In this document: positions 1 through 14,229 of the stretch, piece after piece | Position numbering within the stretch: the stretch's first letter is position 1 | How the letters are laid out: the number at the start of each line of letters is the position of its first letter | NCBI RefSeq assembly: GCF_009914755.1 | Contig: NC_060927.1 | Length of the DNA: 64,000 bases | DNA from: the human T2T-CHM13v2.0 reference genome, Homo sapiens | Reading direction: 5' to 3' (one strand) | The notes under the pieces: model-generated | Database searches by the model: none | What the model was told of the DNA's origin: nothing | Seen by the model: the letters and a program-made list of their open reading frames with translations, nothing else | Translations under genes and position numbers: made by a program

Positions 1-1171
1 TTCTGTGTCTTATCAACCACACTAAACTATTTGGATACATTTTTGTACTCCTAAAGCAATAAGCGATTATCTTAGAAGTATGTATTAAATTGCAATGTGT
101 TACAATTAATATATAGTTTTAAAACCAATTTGCTCAAGTGTTGACTACAGGACTTTAAATGAATTCCATTTAACCAGCAATTTAAATGAAAATTTAAATA
201 AATGCTATAAATGGGTGCCTCATTTGCATCATCTGTTGATTTACTCTGATATGGGGATTATCTTTGCCCAGGGTTCTGCCTCCTTAGGGCTTTGGTGAAT
301 CATTTTCTAGGTGAACAGGAGGCACTTACTCTCAGCTCTCTTGCTTCTCAATGCACATGTTGTAACATTCACATGTGGCCACCTTCAGATACAGAAAACT
401 GTACTTACCAAATTCCTTTAGAGTTACTAAATGTGATTGGAAAGTACATATTGAGAAGCTCATTGGAATGGCAGTAAAACCTTTCCAAGGGGTACATTTA
501 AATTAAAACAGATGGTCCAAACTGCCTTCTAGGGAGGGAGGACACTGTTACCTGCAAGAAAAATGCATTGCTGAGTAGGGTTTGCAAATCTGGGGCCAGA
601 GCTTGAATTTCTTAGTGAAGTAGGTAGTGAAGAGGGTGAGGCTGAAACTCATCCCTTTATGCCACACAGATTCAGCTTCACCTCTATATAAAATTGGAGC
701 AAATGTCCTAAAAATTGTAGCTTCCTGGGAGTCATCACAGTAACACAAACTACATTATAGATTGTACCGCTGGAGTGGCAAATGCAGGTGCCCTGAGGAA
801 TGCCCACACATCTCACTGCTACTGTAATGTTGAGAAATGAAGTACTCGCAGAACACTGCCTAACAGATCATAGTGACACTGGCCTGGGTTATTCCTCAGC
901 TGAAACTCACTGAGAGATGGGTTTGGAACCATCTAGGATATGGGCCAAGGATGTTTTTGGCCATTTATGTGTAAGATTTTGGGATCTTAGAGCTTTACAA
1001 GCACTTACAGATCAGTTAGCAAATGTCCTCATGTTGAATTTGAGAGAACCAAGGTTTGATGACACAGAGATTGCTTGAAGCCTGTGTAACCCCTTCTAAA
1101 GATTCACCAGATCCACTAAGTGTTATCTACATTCCACCACTCGTAAGCATCTAGAACCTATTTCATATAAT

Positions 1172-1225
1172 CGTAGCTAGCATTTATTTAGTGCTTACTC
1201 TATGCCATGTTTTTGTAGGTCCTTT
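1172..1225 (-). mobile_element. MIR SINE 3' end fragment
   Basis: tagctagcatttatttagtgcttactctatgcca resembles the reverse-complemented MIR tail. Confidence 0.55.
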
Positions 1226-1325
1226 GTAAACAGCAGCACATTTATACAAAACAACAACTCTTTGAAAATACAAACAACTAAACTCACTCTGGTTAAGTAA
1301 AGCAGAAAAAAACCTGCTTGAAGGG

Positions 1326-2250
1326 TATATCAGCTGTCTATAGTTGTACCAAAAAAGGAACCCAAAATTTAGTAGCTTAAAGCAGCACCAACGTACATAA
1401 TTGCTTCGGGGTAATTCTGGTCTTGCCTGGGCTCACTCACACAACTGCATCCAACCTGTGCATTGGCTCAGAGCTCAGCTCAGCCAGGAAGATTGAGATG
1501 GCTGGGTCTTTCTATGTAGGCTTTTATTATCAAAGAGATAAGACTTGTCTTCCTCATAAAGTAATACCAGCTTTGAAGACAGTGAAGGCAAAAGCTACAG
1601 CACCTCTTGAGATCTCAGATGATTTGTCATAAATATCACTTCTGCTGTCTAGTGGTCAAAGCAAGTAGCAAAAGCAGCCAGACTCAAGGATATAGAGAAA
1701 AAAAAAAAAAAAGCTCACCTCTTGATGACAGAAGGCAGTTGTCACATCATTGCAAAGTGGTAAGCATACTAGGAAGAAAGGATTCTGAAACCAATTTTGC
1801 AATCTATCATAGTCCAGTCTCTGATCAAAATTCATATTCCTCTCATCCACAAAATATCCTCATTCCCATATGAGGACCTTCCAAAATCTTATCTCATTAT
1901 AGAATTAGGCTTGAAGTCCAGAATATCGTGGTCTGTGTCTTGTCTATAGGCAGACAAGACTGTTCAGTTATGTTCTTGGTCCAGAGACCCCTAAACTAAA
2001 AACACAAGTTATCAGATGTCGCACACAACATACAATAGTCATGCAGGCCAGGATAATTTCTGCAGACACTCTCACGAAAGAATAGGAGGCAGAGGGTAAT
2101 CACTGTCTTACAGCAGTTCTGAAATCCCGCTGGGCACATACTTCACATATTAAATAGGATCTGATTTGCCCTCTCGGGTGGTTTCCTAATCCAGTATTCT
2201 CTGTGGCCCTTGGCTCCACACTCTGGCAGAAGTGAAGCAGTGGCCCAGCC
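1326..2250 (-). mobile_element. MLT1 (ERVL-MaLR) LTR (~1326-1811) plus adjacent MLT1 internal sequence
   Basis: MLT1 motifs cccaaaatttagtagcttaaag, tcacttctgc...ggtcaaagcaagt, ttttgcaatctatcata, followed by MLT1-int-like sequence. Confidence 0.6.
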
Positions 2251-2609
2251 TCTCTGAAGTCAAATGCCGTGATGGGTAGATACAGACATACCAGCATATT
2301 GCAGTTTATCCTCACTCTCTTCTCATCTAGATGCTTGGTTATTGATCCTAGAGATATCATTCACACACAAGAAAAAGCTTCTCCAGCCCATTTCACTATC
2401 ACAGTTTGGCAATTGGACACGCCTGGATTACCAGATTTTCCTACAAGCTCCAACTTGGCCATTCTTGCCAGTTCCTCAGGAAGCTGATCCGTGACTTTTC
2501 TCTGATTTCCAATTCTCCCTTATGAATGTTTTCTTCAGTTCCTGCTACAATTGTGTGTAAGGTCTAATTCCTATAATACATTCCATATTCTATAATGTTC
2601 TATACATAT

Positions 2610-2793
2610 AATATGTTACTGTATTTAATCTTCACAACAGCCATGCAAGTTACATACTAACATCCCCGTTTTATAAATGAGGATATTAAATCTGAGAGAA
2701 GTTAAGTAACTTGCCCAAGGCTACACAGCTAGAAGGTATCAGAGATCAAATTCAAATAGGTCTATATGATTCTCAAACCTATGATTGTAACCC
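2610..2793 (-). mobile_element. MIR SINE
   Basis: Core ccccgttttataaatgagga...gttaagtaacttgcccaaggctacacagctag. Confidence 0.8.
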
Positions 2794-2828
2794 CTATTTT
2801 CCATTTATGGAAAGAGATGGGATAGGGA

Positions 2829-3014
2829 CAGTAATGTGTACTGATAAATTGGTTTCTGAAGAAAAGGCTCTGATTGGTAGCATTCGCCTATTTCTATGGT
2901 GTAAAGACGCCGATCATGGCTAATTTCAGGGCCAATTTTAAAACTGGCTCACAACATTTCTGAATATTTAACACTTGTAATGAACAAGTATGAGGTGGTT
3001 TCAGCATGCCTCTG
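2829..3014 (-). mobile_element. MER63-like hAT DNA transposon (MITE)
   Basis: ggctctgattggtagcattcgcc...tggtgtaaagac...catggctaatttc with degenerate cagt...ctg termini. Confidence 0.55.
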
Positions 3015-3069
3015 CATGGGGAGCCAAGAAAACAAAAGTTCATCAATTGAAAAAATAACAGAAACGGAG

Positions 3070-3485
3070 TAGAGTGTTTCTTCAGGTGTCTCTTCCATGC
3101 ACAGGCTCTCTAATTTCCAAATGTTAGCATCTCATATTTTTGCCTGCAGCCTATTTTGGTCAGAACCTACTCTTGCCCACTTACATGCCAAGTGTGAAGA
3201 TCTAAAAAATAAATATCCATAGCTCAGCATCCTTCAACCAATAAGTGATAGAAACTGATGTATTAATAGCCAACTTTCTTGTTCTTCACATGTGGTAACA
3301 CTAATGTCTGTCTTCTTCATTAACACCCAGAGTTACCCAGCAGGATTAAGCTTTAGTTACCCACAGTGAGAAATACCTTACTTTATTATGCATCCTCTAT
3401 TGGCTGTCTCCCTGAAATCACCTTACAAACTAACTAACCACACTCTAATTCTTGATTCAGAGTCTGATTCTGAAAAATCTAACAA
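3070..3485 (+). mobile_element. LTR16-like ERVL LTR
   Basis: cccagagttacccagcaggattaagctttagttacccacag and a 3' end ...tcagagtctgattctg typical of the LTR16 family. Confidence 0.55.
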
Positions 3486-3489
3486 ATAC

Positions 3490-3735
3490 CTATTATTTTT
3501 TGAATCCCAATGGACCAGAAAGACACTGTACTAGGCACTTATATTACACGTTTTTGGACAAATATTCATAGCACCCTAGAAGGCAAGTATACCCAGTTCT
3601 ACAAATATGGAAATATGAGGATCAGAGAGGTTAGTTAACTCTATGGAGGTCACATAGCTGATATAGTAAATAGCAGCGCTGATATTCAAATTATGATCAA
3701 TTGTAACATCTCTTCTCTTTCCATGAATCTATGCA
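3490..3735 (-). mobile_element. MIR SINE
   Basis: cactgtactaggcactt...cagagaggttagttaact...ggtcacatagct. Confidence 0.6.
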
Positions 3736-4304
3736 GCCTCTCTCACCAGAAAGATTGAACTAACACACATGAAACAATAAAAGAACAATTAAATGCTAAG
3801 CTGACATATTGTATTGAACAATTTTGGGCAAAACTGTCATCAAACTTATGTTCCGCAATTACTTTCTAAAATTCTCTTTTTTGTGCCATCAACTTGAAAA
3901 ATAAGGCCACTGACTAATATTAGGGAATCCAATTTTTCATAAGTTTTCTTTATCCTCTATCACTGCATCATACAAATTAGGTACTGAAATAAAACTGAGT
4001 GTCATGACAGAATATACCATGATGAAAATGCATATGAAGGAAATACATTGCTTGGGTATATTTTTCGGCCCACATAGCATCTGAAAAATCAGATACATCA
4101 TAAAATACCAACTAAGTCTCTATTGATTTTGTAAGTCAACACAAAGTATTAAAAGATCAAACAACACAGCATACAGAGTGCTGAAATGGGAATAGTCTTA
4201 TCAGCTAACAACATCAGCAAAGGAAGGACTTTGATTTGACTTTTGTCTGTTAAAGGGGCAAAATCTGAAGTGTGGAAATTTAAGATGGTTAATGGTGTAG
4301 TATT

Positions 4305-4351
4305 ACCATATAGATTTTAATATTTAACCATAATAGATTTTAATATTTAAC
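4305..4351. repeat. ~23-bp tandem duplication
   Basis: Two near-identical copies of ccata(a)tagattttaatatttaa. Confidence 0.85.
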
Positions 4352-6577
4352 AGTGGCTTGCTGTCATCAAGTAATTTAGATAGTTGCTCTACAATATTTA
4401 ACATGAAGAAGGTCCTGAATGCTGAAATTATTAGCACTACACCAAAAAATCTCAGATGCTGGTAGAAACACACATAAATTCCAAGTATGATTTGATCAGT
4501 GTCTTACAGGTTTTGTTTCTTACTTTTAATTACCTGTCCTGGTGATATGCACAAAAGGGAACCCTCTGGAGTTTGGGGTGAGAGTTTTAGCCCTGACTCT
4601 GGCCCCCAAGTAGCTCTGTGGCTGCAAGTACTTTAACCTTTCTGGTTAAATGATACTCTCAGTTAAATAATGCTCTACAAAACACCTTGTCACTCTAACA
4701 ATGATTCTATGGCTAAAGCCTAATTTTAAAATTAAGTTCTTATTTACGTAACTAACAAAGATCACATTCTACCATTTCTAAAAGTGGTCCTTATTAGTGC
4801 TCTTCAGAACCATAAATTTCTAAAATCGTCCAGGACCTTCATGGAAGTAGCTCAGGGAAGGAAGTGATGGAGAACATGAGCAAGTAGTCTTTTTGGCCCA
4901 TGAGGCCTACTTTAGGTATAGAAATGCAATTTTAACTGAAGTATCTCTGTAAATTATTTTCCTTAAACAAACAGGCTGGAATGAATGCATGAATACTTTG
5001 GCTTAAATTATAATATGACTGATAGACATTTGATACCCATCTCTTTTCCCTCTTCATAAAATGCATAACTTATCTACTGAGACTTACTTATCACAGGACA
5101 CTCCACTCAGAGGCCTGAGACCCAGCTTTGAACATATTTACCTTTGGCAACTGCACTTATCCAAAGACAGTGCCAGTGGCAGTGGCACTAGCTGAAGCAG
5201 TCAATTCCATTTGTTTTAAGCGTATTGTGGTGCTATCATTTTTATGACACTAGGGTATATAGAGAAAATATAGTATCCTTATTATGTTCTTTAATTAATC
5301 CTGTCTTCCACATGAGCCCACATTGCTGAAAAAAAGGTAACAACATTTATTTTATTTAGTCCAATCTGGTTAAAACATGATATATAGTAAGTTAAACAGT
5401 TCGTTTAGGCAATGTTCTGTTTAACTGTGTAAACATGTTTGATATCTCAGATTTCCACTTCTCTGAATACTTTTCTTGATGACTTCTAGGTATGTGGGGA
5501 GTAAAGAATGTCTCACTCAACCTCAGAGTGGAGGAAGAGTGGTGGAGTCCTTGGATCACTGCAGTGTGTACTGACTGGTACCTTTGTCCCTGGGCAATCT
5601 CACTTGTCTACATCTTTAGAGCATTCATACCTGGCTGTCATGTGGGATGCATACTCATGGCTTCTTATCTCTCATGTTAGTCAGAGACTGGGGTTCTCTC
5701 TGAATGAGGTGGTCTCACTTTAGCTTTTGGTGATGGTATAGACATTTCTGGGCTTATGCCCCATCCTTCCTTGGCTCCCCAGTAGAGAAAATGCATCCCA
5801 TAGCTTTTGCCTTCATCCTCATCAGAGAAAGCCCACTGGGAGGACCAAGGGTACTCAATTAATCTACCTTCCTCTGAGGACAAAAAGGCTTTTCTGAATC
5901 ATTTCCACCCCTTGAAGAGATCAATACAGGCTCTCCCTCTCTATCCTACTTTAGTGAGCCATCACTTTGGCTTTGATAAGTCTGCAAGGTGATCTCCTCC
6001 AAGAGAAGCTGATAAAGGCCTATGTTGTTGCTTACCATATTTCCATAAAACTATCATATAACCATCCACTGTCTCTCCACCCCTGCTTCCATCCCAAGTA
6101 ATAAGAAATCAAGAATGTGAATTTCTGCACTCGTCTCTCTTGCTTAATCCTTCTTTCTCTTCTCATTGTCACTTCCTGCCAGAAATGGAGATTTTTCCGT
6201 GACTTTGCCTGCATTAAATATTACTTTTTCTTGATGCTAGCCTCATGGGTAGCCATTGAAGGTGCACAAAAATATCTTTTCTGCACCAGGAAAAAAACTC
6301 TGTAATTTTGTTCTCTAGGCAAAATTGGTTAAGTTAAAGGGAAAATAAAAGAATGTAGAAAGCCCAAGGCAATAGTCGGAATGATAAAATTATTGTTTTG
6401 CTTTGAAACTCCTATTTTGACTGCCTGAATCTAAACAGTAACTGCCTTTCTCTTTGCATTCTACTTACAAAGATCAGAATCTTTCACAGCCAGACACTGC
6501 TGGCATAAAGGAAGGAGGTATTCATAAAGGCAGCAGAAGAAAAGCACAGTAATTTTTTAAATACATTCCTGAAAACA

Positions 6578-7255
6578 CAGTCCTCTGCCTCTGAGTTATA
6601 CATCTATGGATTCAATAAATATTTTAAGATATTAAATATTTTTAAAAACCAACAATGACAGTGCAATAAAAAATACAATTTTTAAAATACAGTAAATATT
6701 TACATATCATTTACATTGCATTAAGTATTGTAAGTAATCTAGAGATGATTTACGTATACAGGAGGATGTGCACAGGTTATATGCTGATATGGTTTGGCTG
6801 TGTCCCCACCCAAATCTCATCTTGAACTGTAGTTCCCATAATCCCCATGTGTCATGGGAGGCAACTGGTGGGAATTAATTGAATCATGGGAGTGGGTTTT
6901 TCCCATGCTGTTCTCATGATAGTGAATAAGTCTCATGAGATCTGATGGTTTTTATAAAGGACAGTTCCCCTGCCCACACTCTTGCCTGCTGCCATGTAAG
7001 ATGTGCCTTTGCTCCTTCTTTGCCTATGCCATGATTGTGAGGCCTCCCCAGCCATGTGGAATTGTGATTCCATTAAACCTCTTTCTTTTATAAGTAACCC
7101 AGTCTCAGGTATATCCTTATAGCAGTTTGAGAATGGACTAATACATATGCAAATACTATGCCATTTTATATAAAGGAATTGAGCATCTTGTGGAGGATTT
7201 TGGTATCCACAGGAGGTCCTGGAACCAATTCCCTGCAGATTCTGAGGGATGACTG
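6578..7255 (-). mobile_element. MER2 (Tigger) DNA transposon, interrupted by a THE1 LTR
   Basis: aagtaatctagagatgatt...ggaggatgtgcacaggttatatgc / aaatactatgccattttata...gagggatgactg(ta). Confidence 0.85.
6785..7145 (+). mobile_element. THE1 (MaLR) solo LTR
   Basis: Starts tgatatggtttggctgtgtccccacccaaatctc, ends ggactaataca; 5-bp TSD TATGC at 6780-6784 and 7146-7150. Confidence 0.95.
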
Positions 7256-8211
7256 TACTCTAAAATTTTATGGAGGTGAGGATTAAATGACTGTAAATTT
7301 GTTAAAAATGGAATTGTACTCAAATTGATGAATGTTGTGGAATATAAATTAGACCTCAAGAAAGCTCCTAAAAAATTATATGCAGTATAAAAAAGAGTGA
7401 AACATAATTGGCCACCCCCTTTTCAGCTGTACTATGGACTCTTACTGGTGTTGCTTATGAGAGCAGTGCAAATGGAGAAAGTAAGGAAAGAAAGCATAGG
7501 CATTGTCCTTTTCCCTAAGGGTTAGAGATCAATCACATTCCCAGTGCAGTTAAGTGAGTAGAAAGCTGTAATATTCCTTTCAACTGGGACTTACCTCACA
7601 ATTCTGTTTATATGTGTATCTCTTGAGCAATAAAATATTATCAGCTTTTCCAAATCATGGGCATAAATTGTAATTATGCTTGTATACATTTACATAAAAA
7701 TATTTTCATTTACATACACTTTGTATGCAAGCTTCCTATCTGACAAAATCATATAACTAGAACATATGCAAGAATACAGAAGAATGCCAAAAATTAGAAC
7801 AATGTGAAAGTAACAGATACTTAAACTCTTATAGTAGATCTTAACATTTTCAGAGGCAACCTAAATTACACTATATGTAATTCCAACCTTTTTTGGGCTA
7901 AAAAACTAGAAGACAAAACAATGGCTAAGCTTGTTAAATGCAATACACAAAAGCATCAAGTGGTGATTAAGGATGCTACTGGAATTCAAGAGAAGGAAGA
8001 AAATATCACTGACCTTCATGGGAGACCCTGATGAGGGAGATGGCAACAGTATAAAAAAAGATATAAGAACTCAAGAACAGCAATCTGAGATTGTTCAATG
8101 AAGGGACAAACAACTGGACACATCTCTACTCTTTAGAAAATATTACGTTATGATCAGTGCTGTCTAGCAATGTCAAAATACAACAAAAAAATGATAAATT
8201 TGTTAAGGGAC

Positions 8212-8561
8212 TGCTATGGTTTGAATGCTTGTCTCCTCCAAAAACTCATGTTGAAATTTAATTGCTATTATAGCAGCATTAAAAGGTGGTACCTTTAAAT
8301 ACTATAAAAAGTAATTAGGTCATGAGGGCTCCAGCCTCATGGGTGGGGGTTGAAGTTGTTACAAAGGCAAGAGTGTAGCCTCCTGTTGCTGTCTTGCCTG
8401 TCTACCTTCCATCATGGAATGATGGAGCAAGAAGGCTTGCCAGATGTTGACCCCTCAATCTTGGACTTCTTAGCTCCAGAGCAGTAAGCCAATAAAATTG
8501 TTTATTATAAATTACCCATTCTGTGGTATTCTGTTATAGCAGCACAAAATAGACTAAGACA
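8212..8561 (+). mobile_element. MST (MaLR) LTR
   Basis: tgctatggtttgaatg...aaaactcatgttgaaat...gttatagcagcacaaaatagactaagaca. Confidence 0.85.
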
Positions 8562-8629
8562 GTTTGACAAGTTTCTAAATAGTTTTACACACTTTTCTAT
8601 CCTTAAAATATTTATTTTTTTTAATTAGG

Positions 8630-10385
8630 TATTTTTTATTGTGGTAAAACATGAATAATAAAATTTACCATCTTAACCATTTTTAAGTGTACAGCTCAGT
8701 AGTGTTAAGTATATTCACATTGTTTATTTGGACATATATAACAATGTTTCACATTGTGAAACAGATCTTCAAAATATTTTCATCTTCTAAAACTGAAACT
8801 GTATACTCATTGAATAATTCCACCTTCCCCCTCGCAATCCACTGGAAATCACCATCCTGTTTTCTGTTTCTGTGAATTTTACTACTTTAAATACCTCACA
8901 TAAATGGAGTTATAGTATTGGTCTTTTTGTGACTGACTTCACTCTGCATAATGTGATGAAGGTTTATCTACATAGCACTGACAGAATTTCCTCCCTTTTT
9001 AATAATATTCCATTGTATGTATACACTACATTTTGTTTATCCATTCATCCAATGATGGATACTTGGGTAGCTTCCACCTCTTTACTATCGTGAATAGTGC
9101 TTCTATGAACATTGGTGTGCAAATATCTCTTTACCCTGTTTTCAATTTTTAAGGTAGATACTCAGAAGTAGAATTGCTGGATATGGTAGTTCTATTTCTA
9201 TTTTTTGATTTTTCATTTTAATGCTATTTTACATAGCAGTTACACCATTGTACAATGTCTCTAACAGTGTACAAGTGCTCCAGTTTGCCCACATACTCTC
9301 CAGCACTTGTTATTTTCAGGTGGTTGGTTTTTTTTTTATAGTAGCCATCTTAATGGATGTAAGGTGATAGTGTGGTTTCAGTTTGTATTTCTCTAATGTT
9401 AGTGATAGTGAGCATCTTTGCGTACATTTGTTGGTTATTGGTGTATCATCTTTGAAGAAATGTCTTTTCAAGTACTTTGCCCATTTTTAAGTTGAGTGAT
9501 ATAATTGTTTTGAGTTCTAGGAGTTCTTTATTCACAATATTATCCGACGTATTATTTGAGAATATTTTCTCTCATCCCATAGATTGCCTTTTCACTGTTG
9601 ATTGTGTCTTTTGGTGCACAAAAGGTTTTACGTGTGATGTAGTCTCATTTGTCTATTTTTGCTTTTGTTGCCTGTGCTTTGGTGTCATATCCAATAAATC
9701 ATTGCCAAATCCAATGTCATAAGGCTTTCTCTTTTTGTTTCCTGATAGAAATTTTATATTTTTGGGTCTTGCACTACTTCTTTAATCCACTTTGAGTTGA
9801 TTTCTATATACAGTATAATAAAAAGATCCAATCTTATTCTTTTGCATGTGGATATTCAGTATTCCCAGCACCATTTATTGAAGAGACTGTTCTTTCTCCA
9901 TAGAGTGGTCTTCTAGCCTTTATCATAGATCACTTGACTGTATATGTGAGGGGTTATTTCTGATTTCTCTATCCTATTCCATTTATCAATACGTCTGTCT
10001 TTATGCTAGTACCACAGTCTTGACTCCTGTAGCTTTGTAGTGTTTTCAAATCAGAATGTGTGAGTCCTCTAAATTTCTTTTTCTTTTAAAAATCATTTTG
10101 GCTTTTCAGATTCCTTGAAATGCCATGTGAATTTAAGGATAAATTTTTATATTTCTGCAAAAATAATGCCATTTGGGTTTTGATAAAGATTGTGTTAAAT
10201 CTGTATATTGCTCTGGGTAGCATGGACGTCTTAATAATACAATTTTCTAATCCATGAACACAGTATGTCTCTTCATTTATTTGTGTCTTTAATTTCTTTT
10301 AGCAATATTTTGTAGTTTTTAGTGTATAAGTCTTTAATCTCCTTCATTGGGTTTGTTACTATTTTTTATGCTATTGTAAATATTT
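8630..10385 (-). mobile_element. L1 (L1MA/L1MB-type) 3' portion
   Basis: L1M 3'UTR (aaatttaccatcttaaccatttttaagtgtaca) followed by degenerate ORF2 C-terminal sequence (ccagcaccatttattgaagagact). Confidence 0.9.
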
Positions 10386-12220
10386 TAAGTTTTTAAATAA
10401 AAATTTTAATTACTTGGCTTTTTAAGAGATTAGCAGTGAGAGAGCTGTGGAAAGACAACTGGTATCCCACTTGTCTAAGTCCTTCAACTCTAAATATCCT
10501 ATTTGCTCATCCAACTCCAAATGCTTCCACGTCTTAGTCTACAAAATTCTGCTATTCCACTGCCAATAAGGAACAGGAAGGGAATGAGAGGGATGCATTC
10601 CATATGATCTTGGTGGGTGTGAGGACAACACTTTCTACGGTCCGTCTCTAACTTGAAAAGCAACAGCCACAGTAGTCACAGATCAGACAACATTAAGTAG
10701 AATATTTGAACCGCATATGGTGACCTGAGATGAAGCCCAGCTGGGGAAGGAAGATGCCTTCCCTGAGACAATCCCATTTCATGAGAACTTTGTGATATAC
10801 TTTTCAAAAATTAGCATCAGGCAAAAACTCATATTGGTGATCTCTGATTCCCTTCCTGTGCAAGTCTGCAGCACCTGTCGAAGGGACAGTCCTTAAAGAG
10901 GTGGTGGCAACAGAAGCAGAACCAAATTCAGTTCCCTAAATCCACGAGAGATGGAATCTGAGCACAGGTTCAGGAAGTTACCAACCTCAACCACTATAAC
11001 TTCATCAGTAGCCAAAAAAACTTAATCTATTTACCTCCTACACTTATTTTTCTATCATATTTTCTATCTGTGCTGTTTCCATTCTGAGCAGAAAGAATCT
11101 TTGATACCGCCCTTTTTCAGTTACACTATATTACGAGTGATAAAAGTCAAAGGTGTCCCTTCCTCATTATACATTGCATTTGTTATTTGGTTTGGAGGAT
11201 ATATTTAAACTAATCTTTATTAAAAATCATACTCCCCAGAGATTTTCATGCATATGTATACATATAATTCAATGTGATAAATATTTATTGAGGGAGGAAG
11301 GTAGAAAATACTTATTATGCCAGGTACTTAATAACATATATTCTCTATCAACCCTCACAAAACCCTAGGAGGTAAGCAGTGTTGTTTCTTATCACCTTTA
11401 TCGTATGGGGGCAGTGAACTGATGGCTCATTGCTATTAGAGTCAGAACCCAAGCCTCAGTCTATATCAGAATAATGTTCAAACTTTGTTTTTCCCCTTTG
11501 CTCTCCTGACAAGCACCTAGTATTTGTTCAATACCAACTTAACCAAATATAAATTGATCAAGATGATCATTTGTAAAAATAAGTATTTCCAGTCACTGAT
11601 TTCCTGGGATTAGTAATTCTGGCGTGTTCCTTAGCAAATTTCTAACTCCTCATTATGCCTTAGAACATTATTAATCTTTTTCCAGAATTGCACTGTTCCT
11701 CCATTTTTTGCTTCTATATTTTTAATTAATTTCCAGCCAATTATTTTTTTCTTCTGTCTTATCTATGATTTAAAGATGTTAAAATAAGTATCCAGCAACA
11801 GAGGATTAATTAGAAAACATTTTAGATTCCAATGTAAGAATTTTTTAAACAATAGAATGACATTCATGCCTGTATAAGATGATGAAAACCAAACCAGATG
11901 GATAAAGCTAAAAAGCCTGGCCTAAAGTAAGTGAGAAAAGCATTTAAGCAAAACAAAAGCTTCATCCCCACCAAGTTTTGTTTTCTTTTTGACAGAAACA
12001 ATACAAACTCATTACAGAAAATACAGACAAGCGAATGAATCTAAGAAAAATTCTATTATCAACCCAATCACCCACAACTACTTTTAATTCCTAGGTGTAA
12101 ATATTTTCCATTCCAGTTTCATATGTATAAATGGATGATTATTTTTCAACAAAACAGACTTCTATATAAACTATCTTTCAAACTACTATAAATAAGACAG
12201 CATTTACATTTTTATTTTAA

Positions 12221-12403
<183 letters not shown>

Positions 12404-13389
12404 TAATATTTATTTCTAAGCAATTTAATGAATATGAATATTTTACTATTGGCAGAGAAAAGAAATAATTGCCAGAAAATTAATAAAGAGATCAAAAACA
12501 GATTAGCAATAAATTTGAAAAATTCTAAATACACATCAACAAAAGGCTTAAAATATAAAAGTTTGCAAAACTGCCCCATAATGCATCACAATGAAAATTA
12601 CTAATATTTGAACTAATTGGTAAATGACAACATCAATTTTTACCAATCATTATAATGGTTCATGAAGCTAATACAAGAACTGTACTTGATCGCCTAATAA
12701 GAAGCCCAATAGATAAAATGACTTCATGCTTTTTTCTGGAATTTGAGGATTAGATTGAGGAATGTACTGTAGTCAAGAGGACTAGATATATCCAAAAGAA
12801 GAAGCAATATGGAGCCATTTCTGCACACCAAAAGACAAGGTGTTGATTTCTCACCACTAATTTTTACAGTATCCATAGTTTCTGCAGAAGTAAGCAAGAC
12901 CGTCCCCCATGAGTAACTGTGCAGTTTTGCATTATAAAGAACAAACTATGGACACAACAAGAGCAAACTTGGGCTGGTGAGAAGAGGACAGGGCAAGGCC
13001 AAGGGATGGGGAGTGGGGTGGAATAGCAATGTCTGACAAAGGGGCATCATTGAAGGAGGGGACTCTGACCTAACCAGTGCTGTTGGAGCCTGTTGAGGTA
13101 GAATGACTTCTCAGCATGGGGTTAGCTTTATGCTAATAATTCATGTTGTAACTGTTTGCTCACCACAACTGCGTTATACAGAGAAGACTAGACAATTCTG
13201 ATTGCTTTGCAGCATCCAGCCTGAATGGAGCTTCTGGGTCCCAATCTATATTGTTGTGTGCAAGGTCACAGCCTAGAGCTCCTGGCAGGCAGCATAAGAT
13301 AGACAGTGGACAAAACCACAGACAATGGAGTTGATAGGGTACATTGGAGCTTCGGTCACAAATGCAGTCTGCTACTTCTTTCTACTTAA

Positions 13390-13615
13390 TAATGATAATC
13401 ATAATAACAGCAGCACGTACAGAATGAGCCAGTGCTAAGTGTTTACAGGTATCATCTCATGTCATCTTCACCACTACTCTGGGAGGCAGGCTCTGTTACT
13501 AGTTACAGATAAGGAAGCTCGACCTCAGAACTTGGGCAGCATGCCCAAAGACATAGTTCAGTGCCCACAGTGCCTAGACTTCAGTAACTGGTAGAGCCTG
13601 GACTCCAACATGGTG
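13390..13615 (-). mobile_element. MIR SINE
   Basis: gtgctaagtgtttacaggtatcatctcat...ttacagataaggaagct. Confidence 0.65.
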
Positions 13616-13725
13616 TGTCACCTCACCTCATTATAGCTGTTACTTAATAGAGTACTTAGCATATGCAGTCAAGGACTGAGAAGGAGGACACACTAGGGTT
13701 GTACAAACTGGAGTTAAAAAGAAGG

Positions 13726-14138
13726 TGCTGTGGTTTGAATGTCCCCTCCAAAACTCATGTTGAGACTGAATTCCCAATGTGGCAGTACTAAGAGGTGGGG
13801 CCTTTAAGAGGTAATTGGATTGTGAAGCCTCTGGCTCTTTGAGAAAGCATTTATAGATTATTGAGTTAATGAATTAATGGGTTATCATAGGAAGGGAACC
13901 TGGTAGCTTTATAAGAAGAGGAAAAGAGACCTAAGTTTGTGCATTAGCACTCTCAGCCCCTTCGCCATGTAATGCCCTGCACCACCTTGGGATACTGAAA
14001 AGAATCCCCACAAGCAAGAAGGTTCTCACTAGATGCACCCACTTGACCTTGGACTTCCCAGCCTCCAGAACTGTAAGAAATAAGTTCCTATTTTTTTTAT
14101 GAATTATTTTGTTATAAGCAAGAGAAAAGAGACTAAGA
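13726..14138 (+). mobile_element. MST (MaLR) LTR
   Basis: tgctgtggtttgaatgtcccctccaaaactcatgttg...ttggacttcccagcctccagaactgtaagaaata...gactaaga. Confidence 0.85.
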
Positions 14139-14229
14139 GGCAGTCTTCAGGAAAAATGTTGAACCGTGAGCACAAAAGTAGTGAAATCCAGATTGTCAAT
14201 TTTACAAGCTGAATGGCCCTGGTTCTTCA

